Positions 30,280-43,514 of a stretch of DNA of 64,000 bases are shown one piece after another. The notes below the pieces were generated by a model, which saw only the letters and a list, made by a program, of their open reading frames with translations, had not been told where the DNA came from and did no database searches. How positions within the stretch are numbered: position 1 is the first letter of the stretch; the number at the start of each line of letters is the position of its first letter. Source of the stretch: Eledone cirrhosa (taxonomy: Eukaryota). The stretch covers positions 13,392,001 to 13,456,000 of the forward strand of contig OZ024760.1 in assembly GCA_964016885.1 (NCBI GenBank), given 5' to 3'. The translations under genes and the position numbers were made by a program.

Positions 30280-32804
30280 GGGAGATACTGAAGTATATGG
30301 GATTCATTCTGTAGTAAGTTTGCTATAAATATGATGAAATCCTTACAATTTTCTTCCTGGTGATCCAAATGTAAAATAAAATAATGAAACCAAGCCATTT
30401 CCAAATAATTACTGTTTTAAAGCCTCCACAACTCTGCTAGTTTCAGGCCTACCTGTCGAGTCTGACCAGGTGAGGGTTGGACAGAATGTTCTCGTGGTCA
30501 AGGGACTGACCCTCGTTATTGCTACCGTTACTGAATTTGAACTCATAATGTGTAAATGTTGAAACAACCGTTGTAACCATGAAAGGCTAAGTTGGTCTAA
30601 AGAAGCCATCTTATAGAAAGAATTTTATTCAACAAATTTCAATTAAATTACATCATGTTTGCAATAATGAAAATAATGGCAAGGGAGAGAGCGGCAGACA
30701 CTACGTGCTGATCTAAGTGGTATATCTCATATCAGTTGAGCCAGCAACACATGCTGCATCAGCCACACCACCTCATAGAGTTCCTTCCTCAAGCTAAATG
30801 CACTCCTCCCAATTTTGTTAAGGGAAAACGACCTTTCAGGGACCAAGAACCCCAGAGATCTTGATTGTGATTGGCACAAAAAGGGTAACAGTCAGTCAAG
30901 ACCCAGTATTTAGCTATCTAAATTGAAACGGTTGTTGAACTTAAATGATTTGAACTATAAAATCTTTGGTTTTTCACCCAAGTGCTAATGCCACATTATA
31001 AATATACACTTGGTTAACACTCTGAAACAAGTTTAGCTTGATACACGTTCAAACCATATCTCATTGAGAGAGTAATTATGAGAAAACAGGATGATAGCAA
31101 ATATTCCCTATAACCTCATCAATATAAATATATTTATTTATTTATTAATTTATATGTACTCTCCTGAAGAATTTTCTCAACTTTTTGTTAGGCATGGTTT
31201 CTATCATTAGATGTTCTTCCTAATGCCAACCACATTTACAGTGTGTGCTGGGGGGCTTTTTGTCGTGACTCATCAATATATATCATCATCATCGTTGTTT
31301 CTACATCTGCTTTTCCATGCTTGCATGGGTTATTTATTTATATTAATTCATGTGTATTCACCTGAAGAATTCATCCAACCTTTTGTTTGGCATGGTTTCT
31401 ACCACTAGATGTTTTTCTTAACACCAATTTCTTTGCAGTAGATATTGAGTGCATTTTATCATGATGCCAGCACCCACCCACTAGATAGGTTTTGTGTCCT
31501 TGACGTGGCTGAAGAGCCCTCCCCATCCTGTGGCATAAATAGTGTACCACACAGAGCAGTATTTAAGTTTTCCAACTCCCACATACTCAAATATATACAA
31601 CAGAGACAAACAAAAGTACAGCCCCCAGGGGAAATATGTTCCCCCTGCCCTACTCCCAAGCCTTGCTAGTCCCTACTCCATGTTATTGGTTGAATGGCCA
31701 CTCACGGAGAGGTTGTGTGTGTGTATTATAGTTGTACTAACAGTTGAGAAGTCCATCAAGGCTGCCCTTAATCATAGCATTGCTCAATCATTGCTGACCC
31801 GAGAGGTTGTCTTGTTCTTGAAGGCCAACATGTTTGGCAATGAGGATAGAAATAGGTGGATGAGGGCGGTGTAGTGGGGGCAGATGGAACAAAGACATAC
31901 AGTTTATGTTTTTTGATATATTTATCTGATACTCAGTACTGGATTTAGGACAAATGCTAGTTAAGTTATGAGTATGGCCTTTTACATAATGGGATCATAG
32001 TCATTGCAGATAATAATATATTATGTAATTTCTATAAAATAAAGCTGACAACTGCAGCTTGATAAAATCTGTCTTACCCATTTGAGGGCTGTTGCTATCC
32101 ATGTTCAGTTTGCCGAGAAGGTAGGTGGCTCGCATTTAGTTTGCCGAATATGGAGAGTGGGTCACGAACTGGTTTAACAGGAATCATGAATACAGTTTGG
32201 CAATCAATTTAGGGTGTTTGCTCAGTGTTTTGTGGACAGATTGGAGCAATAACGGTCTTGTTTAAATACACTTAACATCTGTTTCCTCTGCTAGCAACCA
32301 TTGGACAGGTTGCTATGTACCAAGACTGTACTCAAACGGAGATACTGATTTCTCAAGTAAGGTAACCCACATCTATTCTTGTGTCTTTGACACGGCTGAA
32401 GAGTCCTTCTGACCGTTTGTTTGGCAGGTTTCCTATGACTGGATACCTTTCCTATCACCAACCACTTAACAGAGTGCATTGGTTGTGTTTATCATCAACT
32501 CTAAAGAGGTTACATATACATCATCATTGTTTTAATGTCGGTTTTCTCTGTTAGCAAAGGTTGGACAGGTCTACATAGACCAAGTCAGTACTGAAGCAGA
32601 GCTACTGATGTCCCAGACAGGCCAGGGATCTGTGTCTCTCTTATGTACAGTCTCACGTTCTATCGAGTGCACAGGAAATGTCATGTCTTTGACACAACTG
32701 AAGGGTCCTCCCAACCCTTTGTTTAGCAAGCTTTCTATAGCTGGATGCACTTATCACCAAACACTTTACAGCATGTACTGGGTGCATTTATCATGTAAGT
32801 CATG

Positions 32805-33100
32805 ACATCATCATCATTTAACGTCCATATTCCACGCTAGCATGGGTTTAGACGGGAATTATTCCACTTGAGGCAAGATTGGTTGTCTTGCTCGTATAGG
32901 ACTGTCTGGCAGGTTTTCTACAGCTGTATGCCCTTCCTAACACCAACCACGTTTACAGTGTGGACTGGGAGGTTTTTACCATGTTACCTACATGGCCACA
33001 TTACAGCATGGAGTGTGTGTTTTTTTTTGTCGTGACACCTACACGACCTCATTTATTTACAGCGAAAGGGTGGGGGTGGGGGCAGGGATAGTGGGATGGT
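32805..33100 (-). mobile_element. RTE 3' UTR fragment (twin of 51192-51530)
   Basis: Shared ccacttgaggcaagattggttgtc...gcccttcctaacaccaaccacgtttacagtgtggactggg and (ATC)n end. Confidence 0.8.
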
Positions 33101-33386
33101 GGTGTATATACACACATACACAATGGGCTTCAGACAGTCTCTGCCCACAAATTCCCTCACAATGCACTGATCAATCCAAGACTACAATTTACTTAGGTTC
33201 ATCAAATTACAAAAAAAAGCAAGGAAACTAAGAAAATAAACAACACAAAATAAAAAAATATTTTAAACAAATGTTTTTAGAATGTAAAACGTTTTTTAAA
33301 TACTTTATACAGATCTACAGTTGTTCATTTCGTTTATATACACAATACAGTCTATATACAAATTGTTAGGGTTCCATCACATCTCC

Positions 33387-36300
33387 TTAGTGTCCTATTT
33401 GATTAAATAAAACCTGTCTTTGGATTTGGTATAATTTTTTGGCTTCATTATAAATTCTGTAGTCAGCCTGTAAACCTTTTTGTATGGTGGCGCTCTGTTT
33501 GAGAAGAAACACCTGTTTGTCTATGGTCTCTTGACTTTGATCTGCCCTGTATGCCCTATTGTTATTGTTAAATTCTCCTGGGAAGGTCAGAGAAGCATCA
33601 TGACATTTGGAAAATGGTAACCGGTAAACATATTCAAACATTTTGATAGATGCAGAATAATCGTTGACATGCCCAACGACTGCAAACCACTGGTCAAGGT
33701 TTTTGCCCACATAATTTAAGGCCTCTTCAATGACCGTGTTTGATAAGGAATCGAAATAAAGCTTCTGTTTGTACCAGCAAGGGAGTTTTTGTCTGTTGAT
33801 ATTTTGTGCAGCTGCCACAACAAGAGGGCTGTTCACTTCGATGTCACAGAAATCTGGTTTGAAAAGTAACTGCCGGAAGAGTAAACTTCCCTGTTGGACG
33901 GCCCAGTCATGGACGGAAACCTTGTTGGCATTCACTACACTGCACAGCTCATCTCTGACGGCGTCCTTACAGTAATGGTACGTAGAGATGGCTCTCTCTA
34001 GAGGGTCTTGAAGCATTAAGAAATATGAGCAAGAGCTGGTGAGGTTCTCACACATACCAAAGGCGTAACTTCCGTGATGGATTCGAATCCGTTCCTGGAA
34101 CACACGTTCATTGCCTCCAGCCTCCTCCCACGTCTTCCGGTTACGACTGGACATGAACGGGGACATGGATAAGGAATGGTCAGCAGCTATGTCATGAAGG
34201 CAATCTGTGAATGAACTACTGCTTTCATGTGGGTTAGTCATAAAGACAATATTACTGTGTTGGTAGTGGATGGGAGATTTTCCCATCTCCTGGTGAAAGA
34301 AATAGTTTGGTAATGTGTTGTTCTTTGGTAACCATGGAAATACTCTCTGTACTGTTGACTGCATTATTTCTTCTTTCATGGTATGGTAGGAGTTGGAATT
34401 ATCTTTCAGATGACTCAAAGATACCATTATGTTCTGGAGTTCAACAGATTCTTTCCTGAAAATATAGTAAAACAGAGAAGTTTATGAAATAATTGTAAAA
34501 CTTTATGTAATAGAATGAAATAAAAACCTTATGTAATAATCAAAGAAATTGGAAAATGTGAGAGTCCCAAATGCAGAATATAACAACAGTTAATCACTAT
34601 AAATAATAGTTAATAAAATTGGGTAAATTATAATTAGAGACATAAAAAGCTACCCTACATAGGTGACCAGGTAACCCTACATAGGTGTGAGCTGTACTGG
34701 CTCCAACTGGTCCAGCTGGATCTCCAAGTGAGACCAGCTAAGCTCATAGATGTTATTCAACCATCTTGCTTGGGGTCTACTCCTGGTCTCCTGCTGGCTG
34801 GTTTTACCTGTAAAATCTCTCCAGCAATTCTTAGTCTCGCAACAATAATAATAATTAAATAAAGTTAAAAGATGGAGGTTAACTTTGCTGTTCATCTTCC
34901 CGAGGTCGATAAAATAAAGTACCAGTGACATACTAGGGTTGATATATTCAGACTTTCCCCCTAATACACAATTTGTAGGCCTTGTGAGAACAGACACAAG
35001 AGAAAGCATGCAAGTATGTATATTGTTTGTGTATGTGTGTGTATAAAAGGTAAACCAGAGAAAAAGAGTATGTAAAGGTGAGAGATAAAGACAGAGAATG
35101 TGTGAGAGAGACTGTAAACAGATACAAAGTATTTCATGGCAGGTATAACTTATGTAAACCTATATAACTCACATTCAATTTATTTTTTCACCAGTATAGT
35201 GAGTGTGCATATGTGTTAATAGGCGAGGAGGTGGAGTTCGAATGCCAGATGTTAATGTGGTTGTTTACTGAGACCTGTCAAGAGTTAGCTGTGGCAGGCA
35301 GCTGGTTAAGTGGAGGGAGGGGCAGAGAGAGAGACATGTGAGTGGTGGTGGTGACATGGAGAGAGAGCCGTGTGTAGTGGCAGTGGTAGTGACACGATGA
35401 CATGAAGAGGGTTGGCGGAGGAAGCGGATATAAAAAACAGAGAGGGGGGGGGGGTTAAAAGAAGGTAAGGAAGCAAGTAGAATGTTTAAGATAAGTTTTG
35501 GCACTGACACACACCCTTGCCCCACCCACTGGGGGAAGTTTACCCAGCATACTTAAACAAAGGGTGGTAAGGAAGCTGATAGCTATTTTAGCACTACCAC
35601 CACCACTCCCGGTAGCTATTTAATATGTTGACATCTATTATGGAGCTCGTGTCAAACATTTCAGGCACTACATGTCACTGACAGCTAGCTTTCTTTGTAT
35701 CTATCTATATTTCTCCCTTTCTATCTATCTATCTTTCTCTGCCAAATAGGGTTGATTTATAGAGGAATGCATTCATGTCTAATATGAACCAGCCCGCCGC
35801 AACCACCACAGCAACAACACTATACTACCACCACCAAATACTACTATACTACCACCACCAAATACTACTACACTACCATCACCACCACATACCATTACAG
35901 TTACTACACTAACACCACTATATTACCACCATAACCAAATACTACTACTACTACTACTACAACAACAACCACCACAACAACACTACTACTACCACCACAA
36001 CAATACTACCAAGACGAAAAATGGAGGGGAAAGAGAGTATAACTAACAGGAAGAAACCCCGAGCTGACCTCTACTTTTCTTCTCGCGCCACTGGACATCA
36101 CTTACACTTAACAAAGCCCCCTGATAAGGCCTGCTAGTATAGAAAGCAACACAGACACACACTGACTGTCCACTCCGGGACAACACGAGTCAAACGAGAT
36201 GCCACTATGTGGTCGTTCGAACTGCTAAAAACAGCAAGCAAATTTAAAGGAAATTTGTTTTGCTATTTCTCAACAAGTTGTGCTTCTCTGATCATAAGGG

Positions 36301-37685
36301 GTCGTGAGTTCGATCCCTGCACTGACTGACACGTGTTCTTTAGTAAAGTACCTCATGTCACGTAGCTCCTGTCCACTCAGCTAAAACAAGTGAAATTACC
36401 AGCAACAGTTGGGGGTGTAACAAGCTGACATCTCATATTCTGTATGTATATATATATATACACACACCTATGTGGTTGACGGTTGAGAGAAAGGAGCACT
36501 CAATACCGAAGTAGAGTTTTAATATTCAATAGCCCTTACTAACCTTCACATGTTACAGGTGAAATGATAATCAGCTATACAGTGTTTTAGTAAGCTACAC
36601 TACACCACATCAAGAGTGTCACTTCACATGTTAAAGGTGAACTGATAACTTGCTATACAAACAACCAGTCATTACATAACAAGATTAAATAATTCCTTGT
36701 ATTTGTTCTAACCCTTTGTGTTGAGTTCAAACTTAACCAAAATAAAGTTTGTTTTTCATTGTTTCAGGGTCAATAAAGTACCAAAGAGTCGGGAGGACCT
36801 TTCAGTTGTGCCACAGACAAGACAACCTCCTTACTATTGGTGATCTACGTGACAAACAACCTACCAGTACACTCTGTAGTGTTTGGTGATAGGAAGGACA
36901 TCTAGCTATAGAAAACTTGTCACCAATCTACTGTTGCTAATTGTTTGGGTATTCCCTAAAATGACAAGATGGTCATAGCTAGAATGGTTTTAGATTAGGG
37001 TTGACCCCAGAGCTAAACAAAACGTGCTACTAGTATATTTACCTTACTACACCTATGCATGTATGTTTATTGTCCCGGTCAACTGTGATCAACGCAATTA
37101 CCTCCCTTTAAGGCCAGGTCCGGTCGATAAAAATAAAATATCGCCATCATATTAAGTTTAATATAATATGGTTTACTGTCAATCATAAGATCTTTTGAAC
37201 GTGGTTGTGTATGAGGTGAGGGTGCCCCAGTATGGCCACATTCCAATGACAGATCAACAAAAGAATATAAAAATATATATTCTAGCAACGTAAAAATCTT
37301 TTGGGTGTCACCTTTCGAGTTTGTTGTCTTTTGTCATTGCCTAAAAAACAACCCAGCACGTTTTTCACATGAGTTATATAGAGAACTATAATAAATATTA
37401 AGAGTAAAGCGAGATACTGTTGTAAATCTCAACATCAAGAGGATTACGGTGTATACTCTCGAAGGTACACTAGATAAGTCGCATGCTGGATTTTCAGATC
37501 GTATTTTCACGTATGAGGCTCTTATTTCGTTGTTTTGGAGAGAGAGAGAAAGAAAGAGAAACTGTTCACAACACCAAGTCGAGAGAGAGAGAGAGAGAGA
37601 AACTGTTCACAACACCAAGTCCTTGAGTTTCTTTATAATAAAAGAAAACAGGTTTTAGTAGTAGTAATAAAACAAAAATATGTGC

Positions 37686-37738
<53 letters not shown>

Positions 37739-38116
37739 TATATATATATATATATAAGAATGTGTGTTTAAAATTACGTACTATTTAAACTGCCTGAGCA
37801 CTGAATACTAATGGGTGGAGGTATGTGTGTGTATATATATATATAATTAGTCTGCGGTACGGAGATTAGGAAGACACAAATCCAAAAGTACTCGATACAT
37901 AGTATGATGCAGAATGGGTGTATTAGTGAAAGTAGATGATCGATCACGATATATACAAACAAACTGTAAAGTATAGAGGACTTACCTGTCGAGTTGCCAG
38001 CGATGGTAGATACCGGCCATTAGGTAGGCGAGGCAGGTGGTCAATGACAAGAAAAACACCATCATTCCTCCGAATATAATCCACATGGAGGTTTTCTTCC
38101 ACATGGCAAACTTCAT
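33387..38116 (-). CDS. Type II membrane sulfotransferase-fold protein (Golgi Sulfotransfer_2/Gal3ST/HS2ST-like), 399 aa, possibly non-catalytic
   Basis: join(37986-38116, 33387-34455) = 1200 nt, GT-AG, phase 2. The N-terminus MKFAMWKKTSMWIIFGGMMVFFLSLTTCLAYLMAGIY is a signal-anchor helix. YFLMLQDPLERAISTYHY, ALNYVGKNLDQWFAVVG and ADYRIYNEAKKLY resemble family motifs. Confidence 0.8.
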
Positions 38117-38968
38117 CGTTGAAACCTTGCTGCAAATGGTTAACTAGACTGGACAACGTAGTTCTGTATATGTATATATATATATATATATGTATGTGTG
38201 TATATTTATATATATATGTGTGTACTCACTGGTCAATTTTATACAGAATTCTGACGTTTGTTACACACTCTCTGTATATAAATATGTGAGTGTGTGTGTG
38301 TGGTTTTAGTTAAATTCAGCAAGACAATAGCAACAACACTCAGGGACAAAGTGAGCAACTTCTGATGTGAAAATATGACGACAATTTAACAAACTGCTTG
38401 GTGGGATCTTGTTGGATGTGTAAATATGTAATAATATATAACAAAGGTTGAAGATGTTCTTCTCTGAAGATCTGGCGTGTATACACATATATATGTGTGT
38501 GTGTAATAATACACACAAGTACGTTCTTCAGCAGTACAGTAGCTTGTATGTATATGTATATACGATTCTAATTATAGTTGACTATTTTACTTTCAAACTG
38601 GCATGTGGAAATATATATTGTTCGGCAAAGGCGAGACGTAAAAATGAAATATAAATAAATAAAACACTTTAAAAAGAATGCAAATGAGTAGAAATACAAT
38701 CCGATTGCAAATAGATTATACAAATAACAATAATAAACTATTATTGGTGTTATGTGTCAGTAAATTTGGTAATAAATCCATGTAGAAGGTTGAGCAATTA
38801 AAATGCAAGGTACCCCTTGAAATTAGGGATTTTCTTTTTGTTGTTTTCTTTTTCTAGAGAAGCAATAATGGACGGTTTAAGTAAACTTGAGACTTCTGGT
38901 TATGTTTAGATGAGTAAAGTGGACAGAAGAGATTGAGTGCAGTGAACCATGTCAGTCCGTTGGGATCA

Positions 38969-39005
<37 letters not shown>

Positions 39006-39030
39006 AGTGTACATGTATATATAAGTATGA

Positions 39031-39071
<41 letters not shown>

Positions 39072-41453
39072 TGCATATATATAGGAGAGAATATTCAGTA
39101 TAATTGTAGGCAAAACTCCTCGATCCTTTTCCTGATGTTAACAACAGAAATGAAGAAACAATTATGAACGAAGAAGCTTGGATGGAACCAGGTTACAATA
39201 AACACTCCTCATGTGTTTGTTTATTTTTAGTTATTGTTGTTGTTGTTGTTTAAAACAATGTCCTGCCACTGGACTGACCACAAGTGAGAGATGGAAGGGA
39301 TAAAATATTTAAAGTGTAATGTAATCCGAAGCAAACACACTGCAATGTAGTTGTTGGTGCCAAATATATTGGTATTTCCTCCTACTTTTAGCAATATTAA
39401 ATTATTTAGAATTCATGGATGTAATTCTATTTATTCCCCAAAATATTTCCAATTATTCCTCGTTGGACGTTTAATAAAGATTGATGAACACCAAATAGTT
39501 TAAAATTGAGAGAAAATAGTGTTTCTTTTATATAATTTACGGGAGAATGATGAAGGAATCCTTCTTCTTATTAATATATTCGCCGGTTTAAATTGTTCAG
39601 TTCCGAGATTAAAAATGTTATATAAAAAAAAAAAAAATTAAGTTTTGTTGTTAGGTGATGAAAAATAATTCACCTGCACGACAGATTGGAGGTGTACTGA
39701 TTCTTGTTACTAATTAAAAACAACACATGCGTGTGTGTGTATGTATATATTTATATATAAATCAGGATGGATTCAGTTAGAAACTGGTTAGACCATTACT
39801 CAGCAGAGTACTCGATACTTGTGGTAGTAGAGTATGGGTATATATATATAGAATGGTAATTATAATGTCCTCATTCCAAGGTAAAAAACACAAATTGATG
39901 CTGGACGGCGGCAGAAAGCTCTTCTGGTTGTGTTTGCAATAATAAACGGGTGGATGGAGACAATAAAGATATTAAAATGAACTTACATCATATATATTTG
40001 ATGCTTTGGAACCCCAATATATAAAAAGACAAAGTATCATATTATTATAATATATATATTATAGTTTTCTTTAAGAGGGGTTACAAGGAGCCAAGCCAAT
40101 GTCAACAACTGTGAAGAGATTCAATTATGTGAGGAAAATATCGGAAAAGATGCCAAGAAAATCTTGAAATAAATTATTTTCCTACATCTTTGGAGAGAGG
40201 ATTAAACAATAAATGAAGCAGCAATGTGTAATATTTTCTGTTTAAGTTGAGTTAAATTAACGGAGGGAATAAGTTTACATCTTTCAGGATTTTCACATCA
40301 TTTCACATCTCTCTTCTCCTTCTCCTCCTCCTCCTTTCTTTACAGCTATATAGCTTTCTTTCTCTTGCTGCTTCTCCTCTGTTTATAACTATCTATCTTT
40401 CTTTCTCTCTCTTCACCTCTGCCTTATATAACTGTTACTTGCTTTCATCCCCCTCTCTCTTTTCCCCCGATTATAACTATGTGTCTTTCTCTTTAAAGCT
40501 TCCCACCTCTCGCTTTATTATAACCTTCCTCTTTCTTTTCTCCTCCCATTATAACTATATTTCTTTCTCTTTAACGCTTCTCTTTATCTCTCTTCTTTCG
40601 TACAGAGCTAGTTTTCTCTTCAAGGAAGCCACTGTTTCGTATCCAATTAAGGAACGTCGCCGCAGCAAGTCGTAAACCAAATTATAGTAACATACATACA
40701 CACACACATTGATTAGAGCGATCAGATCCCGCCGAGGTTAACTTTGCCTTTCATCCTAAATAAAATAAAGTACTAGTAAGTCACTGGGTAATTGTTGGCC
40801 TTGTGCCAAAAGTAGAAACAAACGGGTTACCCCCGTTTGAAACCGGCACTCACACAAATATTTATATAGTTGTGCACTAAGCAGTCGAAATGTACGATAA
40901 AGTTGTCTCTGGCCAATGTTATTTTGTTTCTTGTGTTTAATAAATAATTTATAATTACAATGTCACCCTCTTCCCCCCAGTTGTCTTTAATGACACGAAG
41001 CCTGACACGACACCCCATCACCTCCCATGATGAAGAAGAAGAATAAGAAGAAGAAAGAGGAGGAGAAGAAGGAAGAAGAGTAGGCAACAGCAAAAACCGT
41101 AAGAGTTGAACTTGACAAGATTTAAACTAAAAAAAATCAAAGAACTAGAACTAATACTGCAAGGAATTCTATCCGCCACAAAAGCACAAAAGCATTAAAA
41201 AAAAAACATTTAAAAAGTTTGAAAAAGGTATTTTTTTACAGAGAAATATTTTAATAATACAAATAATAAATAAAACAAAAAATATTGCCATAAGCAAGGG
41301 AGGTAACCTTAGTTTAACTGAGATAATGTAAGGTAAATAACTCCTACCGTTTCTGTTTGTTTTTATTTACAATCGTAAATATTTTAAACTGGCATGTGAT
41401 GTTTAATCATATCTAGGAATACATTATTTGATATGAAGGAGTTTTATCTGGTA

Positions 41454-42420
41454 CTAGCAGTAAAGCCCGGCGTTGCTCGGGGTCGCTCAGTAGCTGTGTT
41501 TAAGTTACAATGTTAAGTTTCTTTTTTGGCTTAAAAACTGTAGTGTCTACTGTGCAGACTTGCATGTGGTGTTTTTGATTAATATTCCCTCAACCAACAA
41601 TATGCCTTATGAAGTTAAGAAAACATAACGATAACCCGAATGTTATAGCAAAAGAGGATGCTGGGGATAGAAACTGCACTGGTTATTTATTAACAAAGAT
41701 CGAAAATGTAAACACTGCAACGCAGAGAAAAACATTAGCGTAACCAAATTATCAGTTATGTCTGTCTGCACGCCTATATCACCTCTCTGCACGCCTATAT
41801 CACCTCTCTGCACGACTGTCTGTCTGCACGCCTATATCACCTCTCTGCACGACTGTCTGTCTGCACGCCTATATCACCTCTCTGCACGACTATCTGTCTG
41901 CACGCGTATATCACCTCTCTGCACGACTATCTGTCTGCACGACTGTCTGTCTGCACGACTGTCTGTCTGCACGACTGTCTGTCTGCACGCCTAACGACGA
42001 AATATTTGCTTGTTTTACGTAGTCTTTAAATAGACTTGTTTTCAAGTAAAAATATTGTTTTAAAATGCTTTTAAATGGAAATGAAGCAAAACGGAAGCTT
42101 AGTGTTCGAACTGATGAATTTTGCAGGTCAATATTTTGCTGGCTCGACAACTGTTAAAGCCAGCGTAATTTTTTACGTAAGACGCTCAATGTAAACAGAA
42201 CAAAGGGAAATAACTGATAACTTACGCTAAAAAATCGATACATTATATTCGATTTCGTCACATAGGGTGGGTCAATTTGAAATTTTTTTTTTCCGATGTC
42301 TTCGCTAGGGCTCAATGTACAAGTATAGCAATTTCGGTGCAATTCCGTGAGAGATTCTAAGAGGAGATGTGTGCCAAAAATCGATAGACAGACAGACAAC
42401 CACAGTTTTATATATATAGA
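41454..42420 (-). mobile_element. Non-autonomous Helitron with internal minisatellite
   Basis: Minus strand: A|TCTATATATATAAAA...(TGTC)n...cccgagcaacgccggg hairpin-ctttactg-CTAG|T. Has 5' TC, 3' CTAG, an AT target and no TSD. Confidence 0.85.
41759..41991. repeat. Two-unit minisatellite inside the Helitron
   Basis: Interleaved units tctgcacgcctatatcacctc and tctgcacgactgtctg. Confidence 0.9.
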
Positions 42421-43131
42421 TTAGGTCGGGAAACTAAGTATAAAAAGAAAAGAGGTTTAAGTTTGTTTAAGAGGTTTAAACCAGTGTTTATCCCGGCTTC
42501 ATCGCTGTAAAGTGACTGAGAGTACAAGACTTGTCCCCTTGGATAGGGCACCAGTCCATCACAGTTCTAAACTCCCCTACCCTGGCAATAGATGCTGGTA
42601 CAATATATTTAGCTAAAGAATCCAGCTTAAGAATAGAATCCATGACAGGACCCTTCTCAGAACCTCTGAGACTGGGGGGAAGAGGGTGGAATGTGAGAGG
42701 GGGAAGGGAAGGGAGGGGAAGTCTTCTCAGTCTGAGACTGGGGGAGGAAGGGAGAGAGAAAAGAATGGGGAGAGGGAGGGGGTGTCCTCAGACTAAGACT
42801 GAGAGGGGGAGGAAGGAAGAGAGAAAGAGGGAAATCAGGTAGCTAGATAGATAGATGGAGAGAGCGAGAAAGAGAGAGAGTGAGAGAGAGAGAGAGAGAG
42901 GGGAGGCAGAAAGTGATAGAACTTCAAAGACAAAGAAGAGAGACAGAGAGAGTGAGAGAGACCAACAAAGACAGAGTGATAGAGAAGGCAGAGAGTGAGG
43001 GGAAAAAAGAGAGGCAGATAGAGTAATATTGTGATACAGGAGTAATATTTTTGTAGCATCTGAAACTACAAAGTCACGGAGGTGATAGTTGATGAGGGTA
43101 AAATCTATTACATTCACGTATTATATTTCGA

Positions 43132-43189
43132 ATACCTGATGATGTCACCGGATTCATACGGAACCCGAGCATTGAAATGATCATAGTAT
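43132..43189 (+). ncRNA. Minimal type I hammerhead ribozyme motif (PLE pLTR remnant ~43022-43385)
   Basis: atac-CTGATGA-[partly decayed stem II, cggattc/gaacccg]-GAAA-tgatca (palindromic stem III)-TA-gtat. Confidence 0.65.
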
Positions 43190-43383
43190 AATAAACCTTT
43201 CAAGGATTTACACAAATCCAGCCTCCTGTCATTTCATTATAATATTTAATTCCGTAATAGCACCACCAACTACAAAAACAAAGACGGTTGAACTGCCTTA
43301 CATTGAGTACTCTCTATATTATTGCATTACAATTGACCATACGGAATAGACCAGCTCTATACATTGGTGAACCTCAAACCTGA

Positions 43384-43414
<31 letters not shown>

Positions 43415-43514
43415 CATACATATATATATACATACATATATATATATACACATACATATATATATATACACATACATATATATATATACATACATATATA
43501 TATATACATACATA

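Noticed and set aside
37944-38156. 70-aa ORF SSLVNHLQQG...
   Set aside because: Wrong frame; the frame starting at ATG 38116 gives a signal anchor and splices in phase.
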